DNA of 64,000 nucleotides from Escherichia phage vB_Eco_F25. The stretch lies in the sequence record OP870144.1; one strand, written 5' to 3'. The position numbers and the translations under genes were made by a program. Below are positions 63,159 to 64,000 of the stretch, piece after piece. Position 1 is the stretch's first letter. Each line of letters starts with the position of its first letter. The notes beneath the pieces were generated by a model. That model was given only the letters and a program-made list of their open reading frames with translations. It did no database searches and had not been told where the DNA came from.

Positions 63159-63433
63159 TCAAAATAATCTTCAATTTCGTAATCATGGATATAAATCATT
63201 ATAGTTTTTAATACATCATCAATACTTTTTCCTGGAGCTGGAATTACGTAAAAATATCCCGCCTTTGAGTTATCTTTATAAGTTCCAACCAAGAAATCAT
63301 TATTTTCAAGATGTAGTTCTTCAACTAATTCATCGACAATTGAGTGGTATAAATTTGGTAGAAACTTATATAGCTTTTCTAGAATGTCAATTTTGATTGT
63401 ATATTGAACCACAGATTGAGAATCAATAATCAT
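63155..63433 (-). CDS. arn: probable Arn-like small acidic protein (anti-restriction DNA mimic)
   Basis: 92-aa acidic ORF next to asiA, the T4 arn position; identity by synteny and size only. Confidence 0.65.
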   Translation of the reverse strand: MIIDSQSVVQYTIKIDILEKLYKFLPNLYHSIVDELVEELHLENNDFLVGTYKDNSKAGYFYVIPAPGKSIDDVLKTIMIYIHDYEIEDYFE

Positions 63434-63516
63434 AGACCTTCCCCTTATGTTTCTGTTTGCGATTAGATTCTTTAAACGCTTTCTTCTTATCTTTATGAAC
63501 AGAAGCTTTATTAAAA

Positions 63517-63735
63517 TTATGTTTTGCGACTAAATTGTTCATAGTGCTGAATTACCTCTCTTAAACATTTGCATGTGAATGAAAACTTTTTAGCTACACC
63601 ACATTCAAATATATGTTCTCTTAAATCACGTGTGTCAGTATATCCCATCTTAACAATAAAATACCGTATTAAATTTTTATCTTTATCATTGAGAGAATTA
63701 AAATAGTCAGATTTTGAATTAATTTCCCTGGCCAA
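63517..63735 (-). CDS. hypothetical protein
   Basis: 72-aa ORF with Cys pairs; overlaps next ORF. Confidence 0.4.
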   Translation of the reverse strand: MAREINSKSDYFNSLNDKDKNLIRYFIVKMGYTDTRDLREHIFECGVAKKFSFTCKCLREVIQHYEQFSRKT

Positions 63736-63982
63736 ATTGAATCACCTTCAGTTGGCGTTTTAGCTCTTTTATCATCTCTTCATTCATCGCAATATAAAGA
63801 TCGCGTAAAGCAGGTTTTAGCATTCCATTTACTGGAGAACTAAATGGACATACATAATCTTTTCCTACAAGCTTTTTAGTGAATTCCATATCACAGAACT
63901 TAAATCCCGGCTCATTGGTATAAATTCCCCAATTAGTTGACATCATTTTATTAGCATATTCCAGTGCCTGAATTTGATTCAT
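63719..63982 (-). CDS. hypothetical protein
   Basis: 87-aa ORF co-oriented with asiA block. Confidence 0.45.
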   Translation of the reverse strand: MNQIQALEYANKMMSTNWGIYTNEPGFKFCDMEFTKKLVGKDYVCPFSSPVNGMLKPALRDLYIAMNEEMIKELKRQLKVIQFGQGN

Positions 63983-64000
63983 AATTCCATCAATTTGAAA

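Overview
This window is a roughly 64 kb segment of a T4-like (T-even, Tevenvirinae) myovirus genome, collinear with the phage T4 gene map from the 3' end of gene 17 through gene 38, t, asiA and arn. All calls were made by reading the six-frame translations and the DNA and comparing them with T4 proteins and signals from memory; no search was run. The layout is: plus-strand late head and tail genes (17, 18, 19, 20, 67, 68, 21, 22, 23, 24); a minus-strand block (rnlB, 24.2, 24.3, hoc, inh); segE, uvsW and uvsW.1 on plus; uvsY, 25 and 26 on minus; baseplate genes 51, 27, 28, 29, 48, 54 on plus; a long minus-strand early/middle block (alt, DNA ligase 30, 30.x, rIII, 31, cd, pseT, spanins, alc, rnlA, denA, nrdB, nrdA, td with group I intron and I-TevI, frd, 32, segG, 59, 33, dsbA, rnh); then plus-strand long-tail-fibre genes 34-38 and holin t. 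The phage is not T4 itself: nrdB has no intron, there is no mobE-sized ORF between nrdA and nrdB, no homing-endonuclease gene sits between 23 and 24, and genes 37/38 are of the T2/T6 adhesin type. The most unusual features are an ORF of about 115 aa inserted into the normally overlapping frd-td junction, two near-identical 53-bp early promoter/stem-loop cassettes 13.7 kb apart, and a frameshifted partial duplicate of the alt 5' end. I found no CRISPR array, rRNA or convincing tRNA. I see nothing I can defend as a wholly undescribed system; the findings are accessory-region variations on a well-known genome type.
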